The notes beneath the pieces were generated by a model. The model had not been told where the DNA came from, did no database searches, and was given only the letters and a program-made list of their open reading frames with translations. From positions 31,250,001-31,314,000 of the forward strand of contig NC_086097.1 in the NCBI RefSeq assembly GCF_963921235.1: a stretch of DNA of 64,000 nt, written 5' to 3'. Of the stretch, positions 11,159 through 24,400 are shown piece by piece. The position numbers were made by a program, and so were the translations under genes. Position 1 is the first letter of the stretch, and the number at the start of each line of letters is the position of its first letter. Source of the DNA: Mobula hypostoma. Taxonomy: Eukaryota.

Positions 11159-13421
11159 ACACACGAGGAAATCTGCAGATGCTGGAACTTCAAGCTACAC
11201 ACATGAAAGTTGCTGGTGAACGCAGGCCAGGCAGCATCTATAGGAAGAGGTACAGTCGACGTTTCGGGCCGAGACCCTTCGTCAGGACTAACTGAAAGAG
11301 ATAGTAAGAGATTTGAAAGTGGAAGGGAAGGGGGAGATCCAAAATGATAGGAGAAGACAGGAGAGGGAAGGGATGGAGCTAAGAGCTGGAAAGTTGATTG
11401 GCAAAAGGGATACGAGAGGATCGGGGACAGGAGACCTAGGGAGAAAGAAAGGGGGAGGGGGGAAGCCCAGAGGATGGGCAAGGAGTATAGTGAGAGGAAC
11501 AGAGGGGGAAAAAGGAGAGAGAGAGGGAAAAAAATACTAATAATAAAAAAATGAATAAATAATGGATGGGGTACGAGGGGGAGGTGGGGCATTAACGGAA
11601 GTTAGAGAAGTCAACGTTCATGCCATCAGGTTGGAGGCTACCCAGACGGAATAAAAGGTGTTGTTCCTCCAACCTGAGTGTGGCTTCATTTTGAGGAGGC
11701 TGTGGATAGACATATCAGAATGGGAATGGGATATGGAGTTAAAATGTGTGGCCACTGGGAGATCCTACTTTCTCTGGCGGACAGAGCGTAGGTGTTCAGT
11801 GAAATGGTCTCCCAGCCTGCGTCAGGTCTCGCCAATATATAGAAGGCCGCATTGGGAGCGCCAGATGCAGTATATCACCCCAGCCGACTCACAGGTGGAG
11901 TGTCGCCTCACCTGGAAGGACTGTCTGGGGCCCTGAATGGTAGTGAGGGAGGAAGTGTAAGGGCATGTGTAACACTTGTTCCGCTTACAAGGATAAGTGC
12001 CAGGAGGGAGATCGGTGGGAAGGGATGGGGGGGAGGGAGGGAAAGATATGCTTAGTGGTGGGATCCCATTGGAAGTGGCGGTGGCGGAAGTTACAGAGAA
12101 TAATATGTTGGACCCGGAGGCTGGTGGGTTGGTAGGTGAGGACAGGGGAACCCTATTCCTAGTGGGGTGGCGGGAGGATGGGGTGAGAGCAGATGTGCAT
12201 GAAATGGGAGAGATGTGTTTGAGAGCAGAGTTGATGGTGGAGGAATGGAAGCCCCTTTCTTTAAAAAAAAAGGACATCTCCTTCATCCTGGAATGAAAAG
12301 CCTCATCCTGAGAGCAGATGCGGCGGAGACGGAGGAATTGCGAGAAGGGGATGGCATTTTTGCAAGAGACAGGGTGAGAAGAGGAATAGTCCAGGTAGCT
12401 GTGAGAGTCAGTAGGCTTATAGTATACATCGGTAGTTAAGCTGCCTCCAGATATAGAGACAGAAAGATTAAGAAAGGGGAGAGAGGTGTCGGAAATGGAC
12501 CAGGTAAACGAGGGCATGGTGAAAGTTGGAGGCAAAGCTAATGAAGTCAACGAGCTCAGCATGTGTGCAGGAAGCAGCGCCAATGCAGTCATCGATGTAG
12601 CAAAGGAAAAGTGGGGGACAGATAACAGTATAGGCTTGGAACATGGATTGTTCCACAAAGTCAGCAAAAAGGCAGGCATAGCTGGGACCCGTACAGATGC
12701 CCATGGCTACACCTTTAGCTTGGAGGAAGTGGGAGGAGCCAAAGAAGAAATTATTAAGAGTAAGGACTAATTCTGCTACACAGAGCAGAGTGGTGGTAGA
12801 GGGGAACTGGTCAGGTCTGGAATCCAAAAAGCAGAGAGCTTTGAGACCTTCCTGGTGGGGGATGGAAGTATATAGGGACTGGACATCCATGGTGAAAATA
12901 AAGTGGTGGGGGCCAGGGAACTTAAAATCATCGAAAAAATTCAGAGCGTGAGAAGTGTCACAAACATAGGTGTGGGAAGGGATTGAACAAGGGGGGATAA
13001 AACAGTGTTGAGGTATGCAGAAATAAGTTCGGTGGGGCAGGAGCAAGCTGAGACAATGGGTCTACCTGGACAGGCAGGTTTGTGGATTTTGGGCAGGAGA
13101 TAGAAACGGGAAGTGCGAGGTGTGGGAACTATAAGATTGGTAGCAGTGGATGGGAGATCCCCTGAGCGGATAAAGTTGGTGATGGTATGGGAGACAATGG
13201 CTTGGTGCTCCTTAGTGGGGTCATGATCCAGGGGTAAATAAGAGGAGGTATCCGCGAGTTGTCGCTGTGCCTCGGCAAGGTAGCAGTCAGTACACCAGAC
13301 CACAACAGCACCCCCCCTTATCAGTGGGTTTTATTGTAAGGTTAGGATTAGCGTGGAGGGAGTGGAGAGCAGAGTGTTCGGAAGGAGTGAGGTTGGAATG
13401 GGAACAAGATGTGGTGAAGTC
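11159..13421 (-). mobile_element. Penelope-like retroelement, 5'-truncated, frameshifted copy
   Basis: ORF pieces 12941..13303, 12468..13046 and 11822..12679 carry the same RT and GIY-YIG motifs and are colinear with the 15.1-18.4 kb copy. Hammerhead at 11253-11289. Confidence 0.93.
11253..11289 (-). ncRNA. Minimal type I hammerhead ribozyme motif in PLE 3' terminus
   Basis: Minus strand reads AGUC-CUGACGA-AGGGUCUCGGCCC-GAAA-CGUC-GACUG: full core, stem I AGUC/GACU, stem II GGGU/GCCC, palindromic stem III ACGU, GUC cleavage triplet. Confidence 0.85.
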
Positions 13422-15239
13422 AAAAATGTGTCCATTTTTTGAAAGTGTGTCCATTATTTGGACGAACAGTTCGGTGATGGGGCAAGTGAAGTTGTGTGAA
13501 TTTGTCCCCACTGATTCAAAAGCCTAATAGTTGAGGGGTAATAACTGCTCTTGAAACTGGTGGCGTGGGTCCTGAGAGCGAGAAGAGAGCATGGCCTGGG
13601 TGGTGGGGGCTCCTGATGACGGATGCTGATTTCCTGCAACAACGCTCTGTGTAGATGTGCCCAATGGTGGGGAGGGCTTTACCCGTGATGGACTGGGTCA
13701 TATCCACTACTTTTTGTAGGATTTTCCATGCTTAAGACTTCCAGCATCTGCCAAATCTCGTGTTTATGAAAGGGAATTCTACTGTGAATGTGGTTAAGGC
13801 TATTAAAGCATGGAATTAGTTGGGAGATTAGCGTGACAATGAATGGTGATCAGGGAAGGGGTTCAGAGTGATACGTGCATCGTGATTAACGAGACTGGTT
13901 GGGCTGCAGGGCCTGTGTCCATGCTGTTTTACTCTATAACTCCTGATAAGGACAAGTGACACCAAGCTGAGTAACCAAAGAATCTGTATGAAATGGTTCT
14001 GTATTGGGAACATGTACCAGTAAATCGCTTTATATTACATTTGAAACTCCCACCAATTGGTTGCTTTACCCATTAAAAGACATTGAAGTTCCACAATAAC
14101 ATTCTTTTCCCAGCTCTCCACGTTACCCTATTCCCCATTCTATAAGCTAGCATCTTAAAGGTAAACAGATGTAATCCAAAGCTCCCAAAACCATCAGTAA
14201 GTATGTAACAATGACCCATAAAGCCATAACACATAGGATCAGAATTCGGCCCATCAAGTCTGTTATGCCATTCCATCATGGTTTATTTACTATCCCTCTC
14301 AACTCCATTCTCCTGCCTTCTTCCCATAACCTTTGACACCCTTACTATTCAAGAATCTACCAGCTTCCATTTTAAATATACCCAATGACATGGCCTCCAC
14401 AGCCATCTGCAGCAATGAATTTCACAGACTCATCAGCCTCTTGGCTAAGGAAATTCCTCCTCATCTCTGTTTTAACCAAGGAATACAGCCCATTTTCCAA
14501 GGAATCAATCTGGTAAACTTTTATTATACTCTTCCTTCAGCAAATATTTGGTTGCTGTTTATTGACTACAACTCAGTGTTCAGCACTATCACCTAATCAG
14601 TATTAATCACCAAGGTTCAAACCTGGGCCTCAGTAACTGGATCCTCAACTTTCCTATTGGGAGACCACAGTCAATGCAGTTCAGAAACAATATCTCCTCC
14701 CTACTGACAAATCAACAAAGGTGCACTTCAGGGATGCACGTTTTAGCCCCCTGTTCTCTCTTTCTACACTCATGACCGTGTGACTAAGCAGAGTTCAAAC
14801 ACCATCTATAAATTCACAGGGGATACCACTGTTGTCACCAAAGACTCCTGCAAATTTCTATAGATGTACAGTGAAGAGCATTCTGATTGGTTGCATCACC
14901 ACCTGGCATGGAGGCTCCAATGCAAGAGGCTGCAGAGGGTTGTAAACTCAGCCACCTCCATCACAGGCACAACCCATCCCACCATCAAGAGCACCTTCAT
15001 GAGGTGGTGCTCCAAGACCATGGCTTCTATCACTAAGCACCCTCACCATCTGGGACATGCCCTCTTCTCACTCACACTCAATTATTCAAGAACAGCTTCT
15101 TCCCATTTGCAATCAGATTTCTGAATTCATCAACACTTACTCATACAACAGGAATTCTGCAGATGCTGGAAATTCAAGCAACACACACCAAAGTTGCTGG
15201 TGAACGCAGCAGGCCAGACAGCATCTCTAGGAAGAGGTG

Positions 15240-15276
15240 CAGTCAACGTTTCAGGCCAAGACCCTTCGTCAGGACT
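15240..15276 (-). ncRNA. Minimal type I hammerhead ribozyme motif (GUU triplet variant)
   Basis: Minus strand reads AGUC-CUGACGA-AGGGUCUUGGCCU-GAAA-CGUU-GACUG. Confidence 0.8.
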
Positions 15277-15571
15277 AACTAAAGGAAGAGTGATTAAGGG
15301 ATTTGAAAGTTGGAGGGGGAGGGGGAGATGCAAAATGATAGGAGAAGACAGGAGGGGGAGGGATGGAGCCAAGAGCTGGACAGGTGATTGGCAAAAGGGA
15401 TATGAGAGGATCATGGGACAGGAGGCCCAGGGAGAAAGACGGGGGGGGGGGACGACCCAGAGGATGGGCAAGGGGTATATTCAGAGGGACAGAGGGAGAA
15501 AAAGGAGAGTGAGAGAAAGAATGTGTATATAAAAATAAGTAACAGATGGGGTACCAGGGGGAGGTGGGGCA

Positions 15572-18376
15572 TTAGCGGAAGTTAGAGAAGTCGATGTTCA
15601 TGCCATCAGGTTGGAGGCTACCCAGACGGAATATAAGGTGTTGTTCCTCCAACCTGAGTGTGGCTTCATTTTTACAGTAGAGGAGGCCGTGGATAGACAT
15701 GTCAGAATGGTAATGGGATGTGGAATTAAAATGTGTGGCCACTGGGAGATCCTGCTTTCTCTGGCGGACAGAGCATAGGTGTTCAGCAAAGCAGTCTCCC
15801 AGTCTGCGTCGGGTCTCGCCAATATATAAAAGGCCACATCGGGAGCACCGGACGCAGTATATCACCCCAGCCGACTCACAGGTGAAGTGTTGCCTCACCT
15901 GGAAGGACTGTTTGATGCCCTGAATGGTGGTAAGGGAGGAAGTGTAAGGGCATGTGTAGCACTTGTTCCGCTTACACGGATAAGTGCCAGGAGGGAGATC
16001 AGTGGGGAGGGATGGGGGGGACGAATGGACAAGAGAGTCGCGTAGGGAGTGATCCCTGCGGAAAGCGGGGGGGGGAGAGGGAAAGATGTGCTTAGTGGTG
16101 GGATCCCGTTGGAGGTGGCGGAAGTCACGGAGAATAATATGTTGGACCCGGAGGCTGGTGGGGTGGTAGGTGAGGACCAGGGGAACCCTATTCCTAGTGG
16201 GGTGGCGGGAGGATAGAGTGAGAGCAGATGTACGTGAAATGGGGGAGATGCGTTTAAGAGCAGAGTTGATAGTGGAGGAAGGGAAGCCCCTTTCTTTAAA
16301 AAAGGAAGACATCTCCCTCGTCCTAGAATGAAAAGCCTCATCCTGAGAGCAGATGCGGCAGAGACGGAGGAATTGCGAGAAGGGGATGGCGTTTTTGCAA
16401 GAGACAGGGTGAGAAGAGGAATAGTCCAGATAGCTGTGAGAGTCAGTAGGCTTATAGTAGACATCAGTAGATAAGCTGTCTCCAGAGACAGAGACAGAAA
16501 GATCTAGAAAGGGGAGGGAGGTGTCGGAAATGGACCAGGTAAACTTGAGGGCAGGGTGAAAGTTGGAGGCAAAGTTAATAAAGTCAACGAGTTCTGCATG
16601 CGTGCAGGAAGCAGCGCCAATGCAGTCATCGATGTAGCGAAGGAAAAGTGGGGGACAGATACCAGAATAGGCACAGAACATAGATTGTTCCACAAACCCA
16701 ACAAAAAGGCAGGCATAGCTAGGACCCATACGGGTTCCCATAGCTACACCTTTAGTTTGGAGGAAGTGGGAGGAGCCAAAGGAGAAATTATTAAGAGTAA
16801 GGACTAATTCCGCTAGACGGAGCAGAGTGGTGGTAGAGAGGAACTGGTTAGGTCAGGAATCCAAAAGGAAGTGTAGAGCTTTGAGACCTTCCTGATGGGG
16901 GATGGAAGTATATAAGGACTGGACATCCATGGTGAAAATAAAGCGGTGGGGGCCAGGGAACTTAAAATCATCGAAAAGTTTAAGAGCGTGAGAAGTGTCA
17001 TGAACATAGGTAGGAAGGGATTGAACAAGGGGGGATATAACCGTGTCGAGGTATGCAGAAACAAGTTCGGTGGGGCAGGAGCAAGCTGAGACAATAGGTC
17101 GGCCAGGACAGGCAGGTTTGTGGATCTTGGGTAGGAGGTAGAAACGGGAAGTGAGAGGTGTGGGAACTATAAGGTTGGTAGCAGTGGATGGGAGATCCCC
17201 TGAGTGGATAAAGTCGGTGATGGTGTGGGAGACAATGGCCTGGTGCTCCTTAGTGGGGTCACAATCGAGGGGTAAATAAGAGGAGGTATCCGCGAGTTGT
17301 CGCTGTGCCTCGGCAAGGTAGAGGTCAGTATGCCAGACTACAACAGCACCCCCCTTATCGGTGGGTTTAATAATAAGGTTAGGATTAGTGCGGAGGGAGT
17401 GGAGAGCAGAGCGTTCCGAAGGAGTGAGGTTGGAATGGGAACAAGGTGCAGTGAAGTCGAGACGGTTGATGTCCCGTCGGCAGTTAGCGATAAAGAGATC
17501 CAGAGCAGGCAGAAGACCAGAGCGGGGTGTCCATGAAGAAGAGGAGGGTTGAAGATGGGAGCAGGGGTCATCGGTGGGGGTGAAAGAATCCTTGCCAAAC
17601 AAGTAGGCTCGGAGACGGAGACGGCGGAAGAAAAGATCCGCATCATGGCGAACACGGAACTCGCTGAGGTGTGGGCGAAGGGGGACAAACGTGAGGCCCT
17701 TACTGAGAACAGAGCGTTCTGCCTCCGACAGTTGAAGGTCGGAGGGGATGGTAAAGACCCGGCACGGATGAGAGCTGGGATCAGAGGGGGGAGGGGGTAG
17801 GCTGGGGGTGTCAGTGGAGAGGGGATGGTTGGGGTGAGAGGAAGATGGAGCCTCTGAGTACCCAGGAGCTGACGATGGGATCTGAAAGAGACGGAGTTGC
17901 AGAGTATTGGTGGGGGAAGGGGAGACGGGAGTCACAATAGCAGCACATAAAGACCCGGCCTGGAGTTCAAGGCTGGAGTCTCAGTTGGTGGTTGCGCAAT
18001 CACTTTGAATATCTCCATGGTCGTTGCTGGAGTCCGGGTTTTGAATATGCCCTGAGGTGTTGGAGCCGGCGAGATCAATGGCAGAGGCAATCTGAAGTTC
18101 ATGCCTGCTAGTTTCATGGCCAGCAGGCTCTGGAGTCCGTAGATGTAGGATCTTGCGATCTTTGCCTAACATGACAAAGTCAAAAAAACGGCGATTGCAG
18201 GCGTGAATCCGACGGAGGATGAAATAACGGGTAGGACCATTACAGACGGCGAAGAAAGTGTCCCGAAGTTGTGGAAGGGTCTGGGATAGGGACACCAAGT
18301 ACCTCCTCATGGCGGAGAGAGTCACCTTCAGAGCTTGACGGGAGAAGCGGCGAGAGGCAGAGTCAATAAAATGTGA
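15572..18376 (-). pseudogene. PLE polyprotein (N-terminal helical/Pro-rich region, reverse transcriptase, GIY-YIG endonuclease), ~935 codons, two in-frame TGA
   Basis: Single frame with no frameshift. Stops at 17981-17983 and 16853-16855; the latter is AGA in the other two copies. No native start is visible. Confidence 0.9.
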
Positions 18377-18378
18377 AC

Positions 18379-18420
18379 ACTCATTATTCATTAACTCATT
18401 ATTCACTAACTCATTATTCC
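18379..18420 (+). repeat. Three tandem copies (15-bp period) of target sequence at a PLE 5' junction
   Basis: actcattattc at 18379, 18394 and 18409. The opposite junction ends actcat (15139-15144). Confidence 0.85.
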
Positions 18421-21400
18421 TTTCCCCCAACTCTATTTACTTATTGAGATACAGCACAAAACGGGCCATTCCAGTCCTTCGAGTCACGCCACCCAGCAAC
18501 CCCCAATTTAATCCTAGCCTCGTTACAGGACAATTTACATTGATCAATAACCTACTAACCGGTATGTCTTTGGAGCATGTGAGGAAACCAGATCACCTGG
18601 AGAAAACCTACACATTCCCTGGGGATGAAGTACAGATTCTTTACAGATGATGTCAGAAATCCGAAATGCCACAGCCTGAGCTATAACAGCGTCACGCTGG
18701 CCATTACTCTACCGTGATGCCCTATTTACTTATTTTTTCCATTTATTGCCAAGCAACAGTTTTCACATCAGACCAGTCACTGATAATAAACCGGATAGCC
18801 TTCCAGGACACATACACATAGTCTCTTGCAGTAAACACCAACATACTTTGTAATTGCTTGCTGCGCCTTACCATTTCAGAGATTCCTGTTCAAGACAAGA
18901 TGCCTATGTGTCCTGGTGAACCAGTTTCTTTAAAGTCTCAACATGTCTATATTTCTTTCTTTCTTTCTTTGAGGTAGATAGATAGGTAAGAAGATCTATC
19001 TATTTACTTAGAGATACAGCATGGTAACAAACCCGACTGGCCCAACAAGCCCATGTTGCCCAATTTCTGCCTGTGGAAGTCATTCCTGCCTGTGGCCATC
19101 AAACTTTACAACTCCTCCCTTGGAGGGTCAGACACCCTGAGCCAACAGGCTGGTCCTGGACTTATTTCCTGGCATAATTTACATATTACTATTTAACTAT
19201 TTATGGTTTTATTACTACTTAATTATTTATGGTGCAACTGTAACGAAAACCAATTTCCCCAGGATCAATAAAGTATGACTATGACTACACCTATGTGACC
19301 AATTAACCTACTAACCTGAGTGTCTTTAGAATGTGGGAAATAACCAGAACATCCGGAGGAAACACACACAGTCACAGGAAGAACGTGCAAACTCCTTACA
19401 GACAGTAGTGGAACTGAACATGGGTAGCTAACCATTACGGAATCTCCTCACATATCCCCACATCACATTCTGTCTATATCCAGTATGTCTGCCTCATGGA
19501 CTGTACTGTAACTCATAAAAAGTTAACTGGTCTACCGTGACCTTTTTTCTCTCCCACTTTTCTCCAATGGAGGTGATACATTTGCTAGCTTTATGTTCAT
19601 GGAAGCCATTTGAGGAAACCTACCTCCAACAGGTTGAAATCTACTCATGATCTTATGGATTTTCAAACTGCCCAAAATCTCAAAGTCAAAGGAATGGAAA
19701 GATAAATGATGATACAGGGTGAACACCAAGAGATTCTGGCAATCCAACTAGCTTCCAACTAGAAATGAACACAAGTATAAGCAGCTACTCATCCATGGGT
19801 TGCGAGACCTGCCCCCTGAAAGAGATGTTAGTACAGCTGGCCAGAGAGGCAGGGCTTAATCAGCGTTCAATGTCAAAGTGATTTATATGCTGGAATCTAA
19901 TCAAGTGGCTCACATCACAACTTAATTAGGAAATTTCGGCTGAAATGGTTTAGAAATCAGCCAAAGACTGGAAGACTGTGCTGAAAGGGAAATCACGACT
20001 ATATTCATTATGTGTGGAGTGATTCACTGTCTGTGCAGAATTACTAAAATAAACATTTCTAGGAACTGTAACGAGGCGGGATTAGATCCAGTTAGGCCAA
20101 AAGTGCATTAATGGAAAAACATCAGGCATCTCAAATACACACAGCCACACCGTGTGAAGGTAACAGAACAAACACTGTTAAAAACACCAACGCTGTAAAT
20201 CCAGAGCAACACACAACATGCTGGACGAACTCAGAAATCAGGCAGCATCTACAAAGGGAAATAAACAGTTGATATTTAGGGCTGAGACTCTTCATCAGCA
20301 CTGAAAGGAAAAGAGGAAAGAAGCCAGAATAAAGTGGGGAAAGGGGCAGCTGATATGTACCACCAGGTAGTGGGGGAATGAAGTAAGATGCTGGAAGGTG
20401 ATAGGTAGAAGAGGTAAAGGGCTGAAGAAGAATCTCTATTAACATAAGAGTATATATTTAAAAGTATCGCAATACTTCAAAAGAATATCAGAGTTAAAAT
20501 CAGAGAAGGTTGGAAATACTCTTCCGATTTAGATGCATTTGTGGAGAGAGAATCTCAGTTATGTTTCCTTCCACAATTAGGGGCAGCACAATAGCTTAGC
20601 AGTTTGCACAACATTACTGCACAAGTGTCATGGGTTCAATTCCTGCTGCTGCCTGTAAGAAGTTTTTACATTCCTTCCTGTGACCACATGGTTTCCACTA
20701 GGTGCTTCAGTTTTCACCCACATTCTAAAGACATACAGGTGGTAGGCAGCACGGACCCATTGGACCAAAAGGGCTGTACCTCTAAAAATGCTGAAACCCA
20801 ATCCACATCCACCACCTCCACTGGCAACTCGCTCCACTCTCACCACCCTCTGAGTGAAGAAGTTCTCCCTCATATTCCCCTTAAACATTCTCCTTTCATC
20901 CTTAATCTTTATACTTTATACTGTATACTTGACCTCAAGGTGACATATGTATTTTAATAATAAATTACTTTACCTTTGTTTTACCTCAATGCATTGCGTA
21001 CTGAATGGTCTGTATGAACAATACGCAAGACATATTTTTTGCTGTATCTTGGTACATATGACAATAATAAACCAGTTTACTAATTTACCACACCCAACCA
21101 GCATCGCAACCCCATCTCTCAGTGCTGAATGATACCCTGGAAACCACCCTCCCCATCCTCACCTACTCCTCCGGCTACACCACATTCCCAGTAAAGTGAA
21201 AGTCCAATGAGTTCCAGGAGATCCAATCAAAATGCTTACAGTATGAAGTTCTCCAATAGCTCACTTGACATTAGACTTTCTGGACAAAAATATTCTTTTC
21301 TTTAGTGATTTCCACAAATCTCATTATTCTACCCAAGTGTTTTATTCCAAAGAAGGTCTTTTAAAAGTGTTGTCACTGTTTGAATGGCAGAAAAACTGGC

Positions 21401-24400
21401 TGCTTTCCACACCAGAAGATGACTCTTTTGAGAACATAATTCTGGTGGTGTGCCCGAGGAATTTATGTTCGTTCGGGCACTTAATGCAAGCAGGATATTT
21501 CCAGTGAGGTTGGGTAAGACCAGAACTAGAGGTCATAGATTAAGGGTGAAAGGGGAAATATTTAAGAGGAACATGAGGGAGAACCTTCACTCAGAGGGCG
21601 GTGAGAGTGAAATGAGATGTGGGTTCATTTCAACACTTAAGAGAAGTTAGATTAGGTACATGGATGGCAGGGATACTGAGGGCTATGGTCCAGGTGCAAG
21701 CCAGTGGTACTAGGCAGAACAATAGTTCAGCATGGACTACATGGGCCAAAAGGCCTTTTCTGTGCTGTAGTGTTCTATGATTAAGGTATGTCTCAAGAAT
21801 GTTAGCTGAAAGCTTCATTGCAGGCCAGAGAGATGGGGAAACAGTAGATCAGAGGATAATACCGGATTGGAGAAGGTCGTAGTGGGGGCTTCAAAGGAAT
21901 AGAAAGATGACTGTAGTTAGGTTAACATGCTGAAAAGCACTCATCAGTAGAGCTTAAAAAGTGTATGCAAGTGTATACAAGTGCATGGACCTGTGTGCTT
22001 GCATGCATGCTCCTGTCTGTGTCCAGTTCAACTCCCCTTCCACCTTTATACGACCTTTCACTTCACGAAGAGCTTTATGAAGTTTGGCTCCGGACACCAG
22101 CAGCATTCCGTACCACACCCAAATGACCAGTATCCATTCTCAAGCTGCAGCTGTGGAAGAGTGCACAGTCTTTGGATGCATTCCACTGGCAGGGTATGAG
22201 CATCCTGTGCATTACATAGGAGCAGAATTAGGCCATTCAGCCCATTGAGTCCACTCTGCCATTTCATCATGGCTGATTCCGGATCCCATTCAACCCCATA
22301 CACTTGCCTTCTCATCATATCCCTTGATGCCCCAGCCATTCAGGAATCTATCAACTTCTACTTTGAACGTACCCATGGACTTGGCCTCCACTGAAGTCTG
22401 TGGCAGAGCATTCCACAGATTCACCACTTTGGTTAAAAAAATTCCTCCTTACTTCTGTTCTAAAAGGTCATTTCTCAATTTCGAAGCTATGCCCTCTCGT
22501 TCTGGATACCCCCACCATAGGAAACATCCTCTCCACATTCACCTCACCTAGTCCTTTCAACATTCGGACAACACACAGGTATTCACTTCTATAACAAACC
22601 TACGAATCCTATCTGTTACTCCTGTCCATGTACATGTTATTATATTTATAATACAAACCATTTCTAAGCTCTTCAATTCCAGTTTGCAATTCCCAAAGGT
22701 GTCCATGCTGTTCTTTCTGTTTACCCCTGCGCCATCAGGCTCTTGAACCAGGGGGATAACTTCATACAGCTTCACTTAACTTCATTCGGCCCATCACTGC
22801 ATTGTTCCCACAACCTATGGACTCACTTTGGGACCCTTCATCCCATGTTCTTGATATTTACTGCTTTTTCCCTCTTTTGTATTGCAGTTTGTTGTCTTTT
22901 GCACATTTTTGTTTGTCCATCCTGTTGGTGCATTGATTCTATTATGCATTTTGGATTTACTGAGTATGCCCGCAAGAAAAATAAATCTCAGAGTTGCCTA
23001 TGGTGACAATTACTATGTACTTTGATAATAAACTACTTTGAACTTTCTATAAATCTCTGAAGCCCTCAACCTGATTTCAGCCTGCAAGTCTCAGCAGAAA
23101 TACATAATTCACCATACCTGCAATTACCTGTTATTCTGTATACAAACCTCTCTCTCCAACTCCCCAAGAATTCCACCCTATTGTACAGCCCGAGATGTCT
23201 ACATATAGAAACTCAGAAATGTGCTGGGGCAACCCACGAGTGTCACCACACTTTCGATGCCAACATCAAGGACAAGCTAGCCACAATCAAGGACGTATAC
23301 ACAGAAAGGTGCTGGAAAAAGGCCAGTGATGTCATAAAAGGTCCCACCCTGCTCATGAACTGTACGCTCCACTCCTCAGGGAGGTAGCTCTGAGCATCCA
23401 TGCGAGGCACAGCAGACTCAAAAACAGTCACTTTCCCGAAGCAGAAAGGCTGACCAACACCTCCACCTACTAACCAACCCCATTACTGCTATTTCATCAT
23501 TTCCTGTCAGTCACCTTATGTACAGACAATTCTGTGCCTAGTGTTACTTTATAAACATAAAATGTATGTATATTTACAGTGCCTATAAAAAGTATTCACC
23601 CCGAATTAAGAATGTGCATCTGGACTTGAAACAGGCTGTTCACTCACGATCCCCACGCAATCTAACAGAGCTTGAGCAGTTTTGTAAAGAAGAATGGGGA
23701 AAAATTGGTGTCCAGATGTGCAAAGCTGATAGAGACCTATCCACACAGACTCAAGGCTATAATTGCTGCCAAAGGTGCATCTACTAAATACTGATATGAA
23801 GAGGGTCAGTAATTATGCAATCAATTATCTTGCGTTTAATGATAGCAATAAATTTAAACCAATTTGTAGAAGTCTGTTTTCACTTTGACAGGAAAGAGTC
23901 TTTTTCTGTTGATCAGTGTCAAGAAGTCAAATTAAATCCATAAGACATAGGAGCAGAAATTAGGCTATTTGGCCCATCGAGTCTGCTTCGCCATTCAACC
24001 ATGGCTGATCTTTTCTTCCCCTCCTCAGCTCCACTCCCCAGCCCTCTGTCCAATCAAGAACCGATCAGGCTCTGCCTTAAATACCCTAACAACCTGGCAT
24101 CCACAGCTACCTGTGGTAATAAATTTCACAAATTCACCATCCACTGGTTAAAGAAATTTCTCTGCATCTCTGTTTTAAATGGATGCCCCTCCATCCTGAG
24201 GCTGTGCCCTCTTGTCTTAGACTTTTCCACCATGGGAAATATCCTTTCCACATCTACTCTGTCTAGGCCTTTCAACATTTGAAAGGTTTCAATGAGATTC
24301 TTCCCCCCCCTTCTAAATTCCAGTGAGCACAGACCCAGCGCCATCAAACAAACGTTCCTCATATAATAACCCTTTCATTCCCAGAGTCATCCTGGGAACC

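Larger units (their letters stand above)
15145..18376 (-). mobile_element. Penelope-like retroelement (Neptune-like; RT + C-terminal GIY-YIG), 5'-truncated, best-preserved copy
   Basis: Track ORFs 17981..18430, 16853..17935 and 15572..16741 share one frame. Motifs: DKGGAVVV, PGRPIVS, FTMDVQSLYTSIP, GVAMGTRMGPSYACLF, RYIDD, DVYYKPTDSHSYLDYSSSHP, linker CKRNKCYTC, and GVIYCVRCSRCGLLYIGET. A pyrimidine-rich 3' UTR and hammerhead follow. Inserted in a Rex/Babar tail. Confidence 0.95.

Noticed and set aside
11300..11590. G-rich purine tracts as standalone G-quadruplex or triplex regulatory elements
   Set aside because: They are the reverse complement of the pyrimidine-rich PLE 3' UTR, present in every copy, with no locus-specific evidence.
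11822..11824. TGA after LYIGET in the first PLE copy as a programmed stop
   Set aside because: It is CGA (Arg) in the other two copies, so CpG decay explains it.
15194..15532. Recurring ORFs of the LVNAAGQAAS...DVSGRDPSSGL type (also 1600, 11065, 58291) as a gene family
   Set aside because: They are antisense translations of the non-coding PLE terminus and hammerhead.
16853..17983. In-frame TGA codons in the PLE ORF as selenocysteine (some Naiad PLEs encode selenoproteins)
   Set aside because: The 16853-16855 TGA is AGA in both sibling copies. The 17981-17983 TGA lies in a low-complexity linker and fits CGA>TGA, though the window has no comparator for it. No SECIS was recognised.
18379..18420. 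Short periodic repeats as CRISPR-like or telomeric arrays
   Set aside because: Eukaryotic context, no unique spacers and no TTAGGG; explained as junction duplications.
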